Shown: in pieces, positions 35,492-45,636 of the stretch
How the letters are laid out: every line of letters begins with the position of its first letter
How positions within the stretch are numbered: the stretch's first letter is position 1
Origin: Candidatus Woesebacteria bacterium
GTDB lineage: Bacteria; Patescibacteriota; Microgenomatia; UBA8517
Assembly: GCA_963784785.1 (NCBI GenBank)
Contig: CAWASW010000015.1
Span: 2,149-66,148 of the forward strand
Direction: 5' to 3'
Length of the DNA stretch: 64,000 nt
The notes under the pieces: model-generated
What the model was told of the DNA's origin: nothing
Seen by the model: the letters and a program-made list of their open reading frames with translations, nothing else
Database searches by the model: none
Translations under genes and position numbers: made by a program

Positions 35492-38387
35492 TTAATTCAC
35501 CTATTTCTAAAGAATCACATAAAGTCTTAGCCTTTAAAAGTTCCAGCATTGTTTTATTTGTTGGAATCCACGGTGCCACAACTTTAATTCTGTCATTAAG
35601 TGCTGTCCCAAGTTCTTTTCTGGCTCCCTGAATCTTTCTTATTAAATCTCTTGTGTCTGCCTCTTCTTTAAGTTCTGATGTTATTTCTAAATCCAACTTG
35701 TTCTCTTTTTGACTGTATTTAACTGACTTAACATTAAGCTCATCAAGTAAAATCTGCTCAAGTTCATTTATTGAAAATTGAGAATTGGTAATTGAAAATT
35801 GGGATAGTGGCTGTCTCACTGCAATATTATTTTCTTTTCTTAAACTATGCCCGACTTCTACAATCTCTCTAACAGTCTGCATCTCTTTAATTAGCTTTTC
35901 GTCCAAAGGACGACCAGCCTTTGGCTGTGGCCACGAAGCAAGGTGTACACTTTCTTCTTTTGTAAGATTGGTATAAATCATTTCAGCTAAGAAAGGTGTA
36001 AACGGTGCCAGGAGTTTACTTAGTGTAACCAATACCTCGTAGGTTGTTGAATAAAATTCATCGTTTTTTCTATCTCTTGATCTTCTGATATACCAAAGAG
36101 ACAAATCATCAACAAATTTGTCAATTGCGCCACTAGAGCCATAAGGATCAAATTTATCAAGTTTTTCAGTAACTAATTTAATCGTTTCATTAAGTCTCAC
36201 CAAAATCCATTTGTCTAATATGTCTTCCGACTCTTTATTTTCCGATGGCTTCCAACCATCCATATTTGCATAAGACACAAAAAAATTATAAATATTCCAA
36301 AGTTTTAAATGAAATTGTCGTCTCGTTTCATCAGCCACTTTATATCCGAATAACATGTTTTCTTTTGGATCTTGTCTAACAAACATCCACCTCATGACGT
36401 CTGATCCAATCTTATCTGCGGCTTCATTAAATTCGATAGCATTGCCCCAAGATTTGTGCATTGCTCTACCATCTTCTCCAAGTTGAGTAGCAAAACCTAA
36501 AACAGTTTTAAATGGATTTTTATTTTCCAAAACTGAGCTCATAGCAATCATAGAATAAAACCAGTTTTTGAATTGTCCAGGAAAACTTTCAGTAATAAAA
36601 TCTACAGGGAACCATTTTTCCCATTCTTTCTTGTCGGTTAAATACAAAGGTTTAGTATCAGTAACATCAAAATTACTTGTTTTGTTATCTTCTGAAATTG
36701 TAGAGAATTGGACAATTCCTGCGTCAAGCCAAGGATTTCCAACCGGCTCTATTCTATTCATAATTTCTCCACATTTTGAACACTTAATTTTTACTTCATC
36801 AATTTGTGGCTTGTGTGGAGACTTTCCATCAAATTTATCCCATCCAGAAACTGTTTTTTCTTTCAATTCTTGTTTTCCACCAATGACATCAAAATTGCCA
36901 CAGGCAGCACATTCCCAAATTGGCAAGGCCAATCCCCAATATCTATTCTTTTTACTAATTAACCAATCGTGCATATTATCTAACCAATCAAGTTCTCTTT
37001 TTAAACCAAACTCTGGAATCCAATTAATTTTTTTAGTTACCACTTTCATTCTCTCTCGCAAGGTCAAGTTTGGCTTGTCGGACGAAGCCTTGCGCGAAGG
37101 CTGGTCCATTGCTATATACCATTCATCAGTAACCTTCCATACTAATTCAGTCTTACATCTCCAACAGGCTGGATATCTATGGGCATACTTTTCGATTTTA
37201 AAGGCGAAACCTTTTTCTTCCATAATGTCTAAAATTATTCTTGGATGCCATTTTGCGTTCTGTCCTGAAAGTTCATTAAAACCTTCCATGTATGAAGCAT
37301 CATCATTAATTACAGGAATCATAGGAAGCCCAAGCTCTTGACCTAATTTGAAATCTTCAGTACCAGCAGAAACTGCAGTATGTACCATTCCTGTTCCTTC
37401 AGTTGTTGTAATAGGCATGATCATGTCATTAGTTGCGACTACTGTATGAAATTTTTCAGATGTAGAAGCAACGGCTGATACAGCTGGTAAATTATCAAAG
37501 GCACCTGTGTATTTAAGACCAACAAGTTCAGAACCTTTAACTTTCTTTACTACTTTGAAATCCATTCCAGCAAAAACACGTTCTTTAGCTTCATCGGCAA
37601 CCCAGTATTTAATTCCTTCTACTTCTGTCAAACAATATTCAATCTTCTTATCAATTGCGACGGCGATATTTGCAGGAATGGTCCAAGGTGTAGTTGTCCA
37701 GACAAGTAAGTTTTCATCCGTACCAACGATTGGAAATTTCATATATATTGATTCATGAACTGCTTCTTTATAATCTTCTGTTAACATTTCATGCTGCGAA
37801 ATTGCAGTCTCACATCTAGGACACCATGGAGCTGAATCGTTACCTTTATATAGCCATCCATTGTCGTGAACAACTTTTAAGAAATGCCAAATCATATAAT
37901 TGTTATCGTCTGAAAGCGTGTAATACGAATGATCCCAATCGGCAAAGTATCCAAGTCTTTTACTCTGTTCAGTTTGAATTCCCGAATATTTTTTAACACG
38001 GTCTTTACAAAGTTGTACAAATTTAGCTACACCAAATTTTTCGATATCTTTTTTACTTTTGAAACCTTGTTCTTTTTCAACTTCCACTTCAACCCATAAA
38101 CCTTGGCAGTCAAATCCGTTTTGATGACGTTGTCTAAAACCTTGCATACTTTTATACCTTGGCCACAAATCCTTATACGTTCTTCCCCATGCATGATGAA
38201 CACCCATCGGATTGTTTGCAGTTATCGGTCCATCTTGAAATGAAAAGTACTTATCTGAATTTTTATTTTTATTTAAATATTTATCTACTATTCCATCAGA
38301 ATACCAGTGCTCCAAAAGTTCCCTTTCCATTTTTGGAAAATCTGGCTTTGGATCAATCGAATCAAAATATGGTTTATCTTTTGTCAT
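35475..38387 (-). CDS. ileS: Isoleucine-tRNA ligase
   Basis: DGPITANNPMGVHH (HIGH-like), WTTTPWT, GTGMVH editing domain, AMHKSWGN (KMSKS-like). Confidence 0.93.
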   Translation of the reverse strand: MTKDKPYFDSIDPKPDFPKMERELLEHWYSDGIVDKYLNKNKNSDKYFSFQDGPITANNPMGVHHAWGRTYKDLWPRYKSMQGFRQRHQNGFDCQGLWVEVEVEKEQGFKSKKDIEKFGVAKFVQLCKDRVKKYSGIQTEQSKRLGYFADWDHSYYTLSDDNNYMIWHFLKVVHDNGWLYKGNDSAPWCPRCETAISQHEMLTEDYKEAVHESIYMKFPIVGTDENLLVWTTTPWTIPANIAVAIDKKIEYCLTEVEGIKYWVADEAKERVFAGMDFKVVKKVKGSELVGLKYTGAFDNLPAVSAVASTSEKFHTVVATNDMIMPITTTEGTGMVHTAVSAGTEDFKLGQELGLPMIPVINDDASYMEGFNELSGQNAKWHPRIILDIMEEKGFAFKIEKYAHRYPACWRCKTELVWKVTDEWYIAMDQPSRKASSDKPNLTLRERMKVVTKKINWIPEFGLKRELDWLDNMHDWLISKKNRYWGLALPIWECAACGNFDVIGGKQELKEKTVSGWDKFDGKSPHKPQIDEVKIKCSKCGEIMNRIEPVGNPWLDAGIVQFSTISEDNKTSNFDVTDTKPLYLTDKKEWEKWFPVDFITESFPGQFKNWFYSMIAMSSVLENKNPFKTVLGFATQLGEDGRAMHKSWGNAIEFNEAADKIGSDVMRWMFVRQDPKENMLFGYKVADETRRQFHLKLWNIYNFFVSYANMDGWKPSENKESEDILDKWILVRLNETIKLVTEKLDKFDPYGSSGAIDKFVDDLSLWYIRRSRDRKNDEFYSTTYEVLVTLSKLLAPFTPFLAEMIYTNLTKEESVHLASWPQPKAGRPLDEKLIKEMQTVREIVEVGHSLRKENNIAVRQPLSQFSITNSQFSINELEQILLDELNVKSVKYSQKENKLDLEITSELKEEADTRDLIRKIQGARKELGTALNDRIKVVAPWIPTNKTMLELLKAKTLCDSLEIGELNVQKI

Positions 38388-38414
38388 AGCACTTTAATTA
38401 TATAGTAAATATAT

Positions 38415-38600
38415 TCTTAAAGGGCGACTTTTATGAAGACGCGGTACCACCTTTATTACTTCTTAATTTTAAGCTTTAACGGGGCTTATTTACCCCTGAT
38501 TTAATCGGGGACCGAAAGGTTCTATTTTCTTTAAAACGCCAATCTTTCGCTTTAAAGATTTCTTCCTTTAGCAGAGGATTGATTTTCCTCTATTGCCTAC
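38415..38600 (-). promoter_or_regulatory. T-box riboswitch upstream of ileS
   Basis: AATAAAGGTGGTACCGCG T-box (38440-38457), antiterminator AAGG-TGGTA-CCGCG...CGC-CCTT, upstream CCCGTTA element, candidate AUC specifier. Confidence 0.82.
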
Positions 38601-38681
38601 AAATATTATTATAACACGAAATTTGTTAAATCCCACATCGGGAGTGGTTTACTATTGGCACCTCGGGATATTTATAATAAT

Positions 38682-39826
38682 TTAGTGAATTTTGCGAAGG
38701 AAAGCAGGGATTTCAAATTTGTCTCCAAAAGTGTCATCATTATCATCTTCTATTTTTTCATCTTCCTCTGCAGAATTATTTGATAAATTTTCTTTTGGTA
38801 GCTTCTGACACCACGCCTGATACAACTTGTCTCATATTAGAAGGCCTCATTTGTGCGATCCTCGATCTGGTTTCATCAAAACCTGTGGCAATTACTGTGA
38901 TTCTTATTGAATCTGATAAATCTTCTTTTATAACAGCTCCGAAAATTATATTGGCATCCTGATCTGCTGCAGCAGAAATAATTTTTGCAGCTTCATCAAC
39001 TTCATACATTGTCATATCTTTTCCACCTGCAATGTTAAACAAAACTCCTCTTGCACCTTCAATTGATAGATCCAATAGTGGTGAGCTCACTGCGAGCTCT
39101 TGCCGCCATCTGTGCTCTGTTTTCCCTGACTCCTGTACCAATTCCAAGAAGAGCTGTTCCAGCTGCGCTCATGATTGCTTTAACGTCATTAAAATCGACG
39201 TTTACAAGTCCGGGAGTAGTAATTATCTCTGCAATTCCACCAACACCTTGTTCAAGTACTGAATCGACAACTTTAAAAGCATCGACAAGCGACATTTTTC
39301 TATCAATTACATCCATCAACCTTTGGTTTGGAATTACAATTAAGGTATCGACAACTTCTCTTAGCTTTTCTATCCCGTCTTCCGCTGCAACGGTTCTTCT
39401 TGTTCCTTCAAATGCAAATGGTTTAGTGACTATCCCAACTGTCAGAGCTCCTGATTCTTTTGCAAGTCTTGCTATAACTGGGGCCGCACCTGTACCTGTT
39501 CCTCCACCCATTCCGGCAGTAATAAACACCATATCAGTATCAATCATTAGCTCTTTTAATTTTTCGATCGACTCCTCAGCGGCCTGAGCGCCGATTTCAG
39601 GATTTCCTCCAACTCCCAAGCCTTTAGTTATTTTTTCTCCAATTTGAATTTTTGTAGCAGCTTTGTTTGTAAGTAGAACTTGAGAATCTGTATTAGCAAC
39701 TATAAATTCCACGCCCTGTATTAATCCATTTTCGACCATTGAAGATACGGCATTGCCGCCGCCACCACCAACACCAATAACTTTTATTTTTGCAATTCTT
39801 GCTGAATCAGGTTTTACTAAGGCCAT
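38682..39826 (-). CDS. ftsZ: Cell division protein FtsZ with two apparent +1 frameshifts (~39094 and ~38800)
   Basis: GVGGGGGN, GMGGGTGTG, NVDFND in frame 1; SPLLDLSIEGA...VIATGF in frame 2; FEIPAFLRK tail in frame 3; 1145 nt = 381 codons + 2. Confidence 0.88.
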
Positions 39827-39896
39827 AATTTATACGATTTAAAATAAGTATGAGGCAGGTTACTTTACAAGCATTATATATACTGTAGCTCTCAAG

Positions 39897-41156
39897 TCAA
39901 GGCAGAAGATCTTTAACAGACTCAATAATCTTTTTGAAAAATCCATTTCCTGAAAAATTTAGTTTCATTGGAAACTTTAATCCACCAGTTTCTTGAATTT
40001 CTTGCCTAGCTCCATAAAGTAACAATCCAATAGGTGCTGAGTATGTTGGATCAATCACATCATCAATTAATCCTGACACTCCAGAAGGTATTCCAATCCT
40101 TACTGGTACGCCAAGCATTCTTTTAGCCGACTCTACTGCTGCAATTGTTTTTGCCCCACCACCTGTAACTATGGCTCCTGAAGGTATTCTGTTAATTATC
40201 TTTTCCTTCTCAAGTTCTAACCTGACCATAGTAAATATTTCATTTAAGCGAGGTCTAATTATACCCTCAACCAATGTCTTTCTGGACACTTTACTAACTT
40301 CCGAAATTCCCAAAGCGGTCAAATCTAACTCATCTTTTTGATCTTTTACAGTTTTACTATTTGATAACGATAATTTTATCTTTTCAGCTGAATCAAGAGA
40401 AACTCTCAATCCAATTGCTATATCATTAGTAACATTTTTAGCACCAACAGGTATTACTCCAGAATATGCAAGAGAACCATCAACATAAGCAACGACAGAT
40501 GTTGTACCTGCTCCAATATCTATGAGTACGCATCCTAACTCTTTCTCAGTTTCAGTAAGTACTGAGTAAGCCGACGCCAATCCTGCAAATACCATATCAT
40601 TGATTCTGACTCCTGCTTCACCAAGAGTTTTACTTAGATTCTTAACAGCTGCGCTTGAAGCTGTTACAACGTGAGTCTCCACCTCAAGTCTGACTCCACT
40701 CATTCCAATTGGGTCCTTAACACCTGTTTCTCCATCTACAATAAATTCACGGGGAAGAACATGCACAATTTCACGACTAGTAGGAAGCGAAATTGCCGAA
40801 GCCGCTTCAATTACTCTATCGACGTCTGAAATGACAATTTCTCCATTTGGCCCAGAAACAGCGACAACACCATGTGAATTTTGAGAAGTTATATGTGCAC
40901 CACCCAATGAAACAAATGATGAATCTATGTTATGTCCAGCCATTCTTTCTGCACCTTCAATTGAAGCAATCGCAGACTCAACAGATTCTTCAATATTAAC
41001 AATTTGTCCTTTTTTAATACCTTTTGATACAACCTGAGAAACACCAATTATATTAATAGTTTCGTTATATGATTCATCTGTGGTCACCTGAGCAACAACA
41101 GTTACGGTCTTACTGCTCCCTAATTCTATTCCTGCAATTATTTTTGTTCTGTTCAT
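39897..41156 (-). CDS. ftsA: Cell division protein FtsA
   Basis: IELGSSKT, DPIGMSGVRLEV, IDIGAGTT, VTGGGA. Confidence 0.96.
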   Translation of the reverse strand: MNRTKIIAGIELGSSKTVTVVAQVTTDESYNETINIIGVSQVVSKGIKKGQIVNIEESVESAIASIEGAERMAGHNIDSSFVSLGGAHITSQNSHGVVAVSGPNGEIVISDVDRVIEAASAISLPTSREIVHVLPREFIVDGETGVKDPIGMSGVRLEVETHVVTASSAAVKNLSKTLGEAGVRINDMVFAGLASAYSVLTETEKELGCVLIDIGAGTTSVVAYVDGSLAYSGVIPVGAKNVTNDIAIGLRVSLDSAEKIKLSLSNSKTVKDQKDELDLTALGISEVSKVSRKTLVEGIIRPRLNEIFTMVRLELEKEKIINRIPSGAIVTGGGAKTIAAVESAKRMLGVPVRIGIPSGVSGLIDDVIDPTYSAPIGLLLYGARQEIQETGGLKFPMKLNFSGNGFFKKIIESVKDLLP

Positions 41157-41169
41157 TTAAGTAATGATA

Positions 41170-41895
41170 TCATCTTATGATTGGATTCTTAAACCTAAAA
41201 TCAATTTCTCTAACATCTTCCATTCTAATTCCTTCAGACCCTTCGTTCAAGCGTGAAAAAATCAATTTTAGACTGCCTGCTAACAAATCAATATCACTAT
41301 CGAGTGGAAACAAAATTAATATATCATTTTTTGCATGGGTAGTTAAATAGTTATTAGTAATCTTTGAATCATATACGTTAGTAACGATGTTAATTTTTTC
41401 AAGCAATCTCAATGCAAACAGAGTCTTTTCATCAGTTATTTGTCCAACGGAATAATTTGAATCAGATAGCAAAGAGGTTGACTCTGATTCCTGACTTATT
41501 CCAATAATCAAACCATTTTTATCTAACAAAAAATATGTGCCATTTGAATTTTTGATTGAATATATTGGCTTTTTTAAATTTATTTCTATCTTTATGGTAC
41601 TTGGTATTTTGTATTGAACAATATATGAGCTTAGCCTTACATCTTGTCTTAATTGCATATCAATTTGTTTCTTTACGTGGCTATAGTTGCCTAGTTGAAA
41701 TGAATAATCGCAGGGACCAAGTTGCGATACGCACTCGACTTTGTCTATTTTAATTAATATTTTTATAAATGCAGGTATACAATAGACAAACAATATCATT
41801 AACAATATAGAAAGATATTTAAAAATATTTACTTTTTTAAACCAATCGAATTTACTTCTGGGTATATGATGGATTCTTTGTCTTCTTTTCTTCAT
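41170..41895 (-). CDS. ftsQ: FtsQ/DivIB-like protein
   Basis: Single TM, position before ftsA, C-terminal IDFRFKNPIIR. Confidence 0.7.
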   Translation of the reverse strand: MKKRRQRIHHIPRSKFDWFKKVNIFKYLSILLMILFVYCIPAFIKILIKIDKVECVSQLGPCDYSFQLGNYSHVKKQIDMQLRQDVRLSSYIVQYKIPSTIKIEINLKKPIYSIKNSNGTYFLLDKNGLIIGISQESESTSLLSDSNYSVGQITDEKTLFALRLLEKINIVTNVYDSKITNNYLTTHAKNDILILFPLDSDIDLLAGSLKLIFSRLNEGSEGIRMEDVREIDFRFKNPIIR

Positions 41896-41901
41896 ACTTA
41901 T

Positions 41902-41920
41902 AAGGTCAAACCTTTAAAGG
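41902..41920. repeat. REP-like palindrome of RAYT-1 (also at 42393-42417 and 42608-42626)
   Basis: aaggtcaaacctt overlapping cctttaaagg; recurs on both sides of and inside the gene. Confidence 0.75.
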
Positions 41921-41923
41921 TAG

Positions 41924-42595
41924 TCAATCCAAGGTGTATCTTTCAATTAATTCTATATCATTTTTATCAATTTGATTTTCTACGAATGCCTGATATGAAG
42001 ATCTGTTACCGTTTTTGTTTGAAAAATATGACTGTATTACATCTTTCTTAACCCACGAAGTGTTTCTCATCCCAATATGATCTGCATACGATGAGTAAGA
42101 ATCAGACAAATTATTTTTCAATTCCTTCGGATTTAGATGAATGTATCTTGACAGGTGCAACAAATAACTCTCGTTGGAAACGGCCACAGCTTTATACACA
42201 CCCTGAAACAAACTACCCGATCTTTCATATTTTTTATTAAAATAAACTGAATATCGTGTAGCAATTGATCTCATAAAGTTTTTCATGCTACCTACATCTC
42301 TTTGTTTTAGTAACAGATGGAAATGGTTCGGCATTAAGCAATAACAAACTAAATCTATTTGATCAGAATAATTATTTACTAACCTAGGTATACCTTTAAA
42401 GGTTGAACCTTTTAAGGTAACTTCAATTTCAAATTCACTCAAAGGTCTCGATGGAGATAGATATTCCTTAAGGTAACCCAAAAATACTTTATAATCTTGT
42501 TCATCCTCAAAAATTACTCTTTTGTCTACACCTCTGTTATATACATGATAGTAAATCTCTTCGATATCAAATTTTACGCTATTTTTGGCAGGCAT
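41924..42595 (-). CDS. REP-associated tyrosine transposase (RAYT-1)
   Basis: YYHVYNRG, YCLMPNHFHLL (HUH), GSLFQGVYKA, RYIHLNP. Confidence 0.92.
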   Translation of the reverse strand: MPAKNSVKFDIEEIYYHVYNRGVDKRVIFEDEQDYKVFLGYLKEYLSPSRPLSEFEIEVTLKGSTFKGIPRLVNNYSDQIDLVCYCLMPNHFHLLLKQRDVGSMKNFMRSIATRYSVYFNKKYERSGSLFQGVYKAVAVSNESYLLHLSRYIHLNPKELKNNLSDSYSSYADHIGMRNTSWVKKDVIQSYFSNKNGNRSSYQAFVENQIDKNDIELIERYTLD

Positions 42596-42634
42596 AAATA
42601 AATATTACCTTTAAAGGTCAAACCTTACAAGTAA

Positions 42635-42976
42635 TCAACTTGAATATTTTACAAATAGTTCTTCTCTGTCAGATTCAATCAATTTGAGCTGTTTTTCTAT
42701 ATTTTTGAGAGCTTCCGATAGCTCAGGCTTTTTACTAAAATCTAATATATTACTTACCTCAGCCCATTGTGACAAAAGGTGATGCCTTCTATTTTCAATA
42801 GCACTTCTTATATATTGAAATTGAATATGGCTACTTAAAGTATGCCATTCAGAAAAAGTTGCCAAATAATCTGGATTATACTCACCCATATCAACTGCCT
42901 TTTGAAGTGTCATCTTGCTAGCTGTTTTGGTAGAGCTGCTACTTTTGCCTTTTTCTAAATTATCTTCAAATCCCAT
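42635..42976 (-). CDS. Hypothetical protein
   Basis: 113-aa ORF co-oriented with the dcw genes. Confidence 0.7.
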   Translation of the reverse strand: MGFEDNLEKGKSSSSTKTASKMTLQKAVDMGEYNPDYLATFSEWHTLSSHIQFQYIRSAIENRRHHLLSQWAEVSNILDFSKKPELSEALKNIEKQLKLIESDREELFVKYSS

Positions 42977-42996
42977 ATCGTATATTATATACTTTC

Positions 42997-43515
42997 CTAG
43001 ATCATACTAATTACATTGTTTAAAAAATTATTTTTTTGAATTTGGTATTCTTTTTTAGAGTAGCAATATTTCTTCTTAATGCTCACATATTGTTCAAGCA
43101 AATCTGGTCGACTAACTAAAAATTCGTGAAGCCTGATATCTAACTCGGCCTCGTACCCTTTAAGCAAAATTATTTCCACTTCTTCTTCATTTTTATCATA
43201 AATATCATTAAACCGGGCATAATTTTTTTCTACGACTTCAGGTTTGCCAAATCTAAAGGATAATTTCATTAGCACATCATTCCAATCACTTTCCTTCGGA
43301 TATAAACCTATTTCAACTTCTCCTTTGCCGTAAATTTCAAACAAAGTACTACCTCTCACTGTGGGTTTAATGTTAAAGTTGTTAAGTATTGCGCTTATTT
43401 CGTTTAGATATATTTCAGCAACGTCCTTTTGTTTTGAACTATATGGCCTTAATTTAACAGGCGTAGTTCTGTATTTATCAAAATATTGATCTGAAAATTT
43501 ATTTAGCCCTTTCAT
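42997..43515 (-). CDS. GrpB-like nucleotidyltransferase-fold protein
   Basis: VRGSTL..GKGEVEI, LHEFL..RPDLLEQY..IKK, EYQIQKNNFL. Confidence 0.65.
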   Translation of the reverse strand: MKGLNKFSDQYFDKYRTTPVKLRPYSSKQKDVAEIYLNEISAILNNFNIKPTVRGSTLFEIYGKGEVEIGLYPKESDWNDVLMKLSFRFGKPEVVEKNYARFNDIYDKNEEEVEIILLKGYEAELDIRLHEFLVSRPDLLEQYVSIKKKYCYSKKEYQIQKNNFLNNVISMI

Positions 43516-44558
43516 TGTAAATATGTTTCTAATATATCCACTACTTTTTCAGAGGCTTCTAGATCAGGACTTATAATATCCTTAGTTTTTTTAATAATCG
43601 CTGGATATTCGCCAATCAATATATCTATTTCTGCTAATAACCTTTGAGGCGTTAATTCTTTTTGATTAATAATCCTAGCAAGACCTAATTCTTCCATATA
43701 CTTAGCATTCTCGTTTTGTTCATCGTTATACGACCATGGTATAGGAATTAAAATTGATGGCCTCTTAATTGCCATTAATTCCCAGCACGTATTAGCTCCA
43801 GCTCGTCCAATCACGATGTCTGATTTAGATAATATTTCAGCCATATTTTTAGAATCTGTCTGGCCAAATGCAAAATATTTGTCACTCTTAATTTCACTAA
43901 ATTCATTCAAATTTTTTTCTCCGGTTTGATGCATTACGAAATATCTTTCGAATAGCCTAGAAAGAATTGGCTTTATTGCATCATTAATCCACTTTGACCC
44001 CCTAGAACCCCCAGTGATAAATATCGATTTGACTCTTACGTTTCTCGTTAAATCTAAATACTTTAATATCTCTTTGCTTAAGGGATTTCCAACCAAAACT
44101 GTTTTGTTTTTATTAAAGAAACGCGACGATGATTCCCTAGAGATTAAGATCTTTTTACAAAAGTAGCTAGATATTATATTTGCCCTACCGGCAGTTGAAG
44201 TCTGTTCATGAATAAATACTGGTATCCCTGCAAAGCTAGACCAAAACGAAGATATTGCACCCGCACTGCTTCCAAATGACAATACCAAATCAGGACCAAT
44301 TTCATTTATCAGTTTTTTACCTCTTAAAAAGCTAATTGGTATCTTTAAAAAAGAAGTTATAGTATTCTTTGTAAATTTATTTTCAATTTTTCCAGATTCC
44401 AAGTTATGGAAGATAATATCCAAATTGGTAAGGTTTTTGTATTCCATACCTACCCAATGGATTTCCCAATCTAAATTACGTTTTTTAATTTCTTCTATAA
44501 TAGCTATTGCAGTTGAACCTGCATGACTACCGGCGAGTAATAGTTTTTTTGGTTGCAT
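43512..44558 (-). CDS. murG: MurG glycosyltransferase
   Basis: IHEQTSTAGRAN, VGNP, ITGGSRGS, GRAGANT, EQNENA. Confidence 0.93.
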   Translation of the reverse strand: MQPKKLLLAGSHAGSTAIAIIEEIKKRNLDWEIHWVGMEYKNLTNLDIIFHNLESGKIENKFTKNTITSFLKIPISFLRGKKLINEIGPDLVLSFGSSAGAISSFWSSFAGIPVFIHEQTSTAGRANIISSYFCKKILISRESSSRFFNKNKTVLVGNPLSKEILKYLDLTRNVRVKSIFITGGSRGSKWINDAIKPILSRLFERYFVMHQTGEKNLNEFSEIKSDKYFAFGQTDSKNMAEILSKSDIVIGRAGANTCWELMAIKRPSILIPIPWSYNDEQNENAKYMEELGLARIINQKELTPQRLLAEIDILIGEYPAIIKKTKDIISPDLEASEKVVDILETYLQ

Positions 44559-45636
44559 ATCTACTAATATTTAATAGTATACCGCATGATCCTAGAATCA
44601 TCGATAGCGATGTGCCACCATATGAAAAAAATGGTAATGGTATACCAGTAAGTGGTGTTAATGCAGTCATAGATGAGATATTAAGTATCATTTGACCTCC
44701 GATCCATGCAGTGATACCAACAGCAAGCATTTTTGAAAATTGGTCAGGTGCGTTAGATGCAATTTTGAATGCTTTATATATAAAAAGTGCAAAAAGTGCA
44801 ATTAGTGCAAAAGATCCAACAAAACCGATTTCTTCTGCAATCGCAGCAAAAATTGAATCAGTTGAAGCTTCTGGCAAAAATAAAAACTTCTGACGAGATT
44901 GGCCAATTCCCAATCCGAACAAACCACCTGATCCAATTGCCAAAAGAATTTGTCTTATGTGATATTCCTTACCTAACGGATCAGAACCAACTTGTAAGAA
45001 TGTCATTAATCTATCTCTCCTATATGGTGAAACTAATATCAAAACACCTATACCAACAATTCCAGCAAACAAAGACCCTAAAAAATAAAGAATGGGGACT
45101 CCGGCAACAAAAATTTGTGTTATTCCAACCAAACCTACAACTAAAGTTGTACCTAAATCGGGTTGAAGCATTATTAACCCGCAAACAACAGCAAGTGGAA
45201 TAAAATATGCCAACGGATTTATAACTTTTTTATCTGATACCTTGGCCAGATATAAAGCAAGCGCTAACTTTACAACTTCTGAAGGTTGAAAATTTATATG
45301 TCCAACAGATATCCATCGCCTTGCACCAAGTGCCTTGAGTGATATACCAGGGATTAAGACAGCAATTAGAAGAATTACTGTAGTAAAGAAAAACGGCAAG
45401 GTAATTTTTTTCCAAAAACTGTAATGTATGTTACTTATAATTAACATAGCACTAATTCCTACTAAGGCCCAAATAATTTGTTGTCTTAGAAAATAAAACT
45501 TATCATTAAAGTAATTAAGTGCTTGAGGAGTTGAGATGTCTGCCACAAAAATTAGACCCAGAATTACAAGAATAACAATTAAATAAAAAAAACTTTTGTC
45601 GTATGGAGCTCTAATTCTTTCTTTTTTACGAATCAT
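44527..45636 (-). CDS. ftsW: FtsW
   Basis: GARRWI, FQPSEVVK, QPDLGT, FLPEASTDSIFA, SYGGTS. Confidence 0.94.
   Translation of the reverse strand: MIRKKERIRAPYDKSFFYLIVILVILGLIFVADISTPQALNYFNDKFYFLRQQIIWALVGISAMLIISNIHYSFWKKITLPFFFTTVILLIAVLIPGISLKALGARRWISVGHINFQPSEVVKLALALYLAKVSDKKVINPLAYFIPLAVVCGLIMLQPDLGTTLVVGLVGITQIFVAGVPILYFLGSLFAGIVGIGVLILVSPYRRDRLMTFLQVGSDPLGKEYHIRQILLAIGSGGLFGLGIGQSRQKFLFLPEASTDSIFAAIAEEIGFVGSFALIALFALFIYKAFKIASNAPDQFSKMLAVGITAWIGGQMILNISSMTALTPLTGIPLPFFSYGGTSLSMILGSCGILLNISRYATKKTITRR

Noticed and set aside
36568-37341. Long antisense ORFs (also 4723-5202, 12296-12727, 39051-39587 and others)
   Set aside because: Shadows of well-supported genes on the opposite strand with no recognisable motifs
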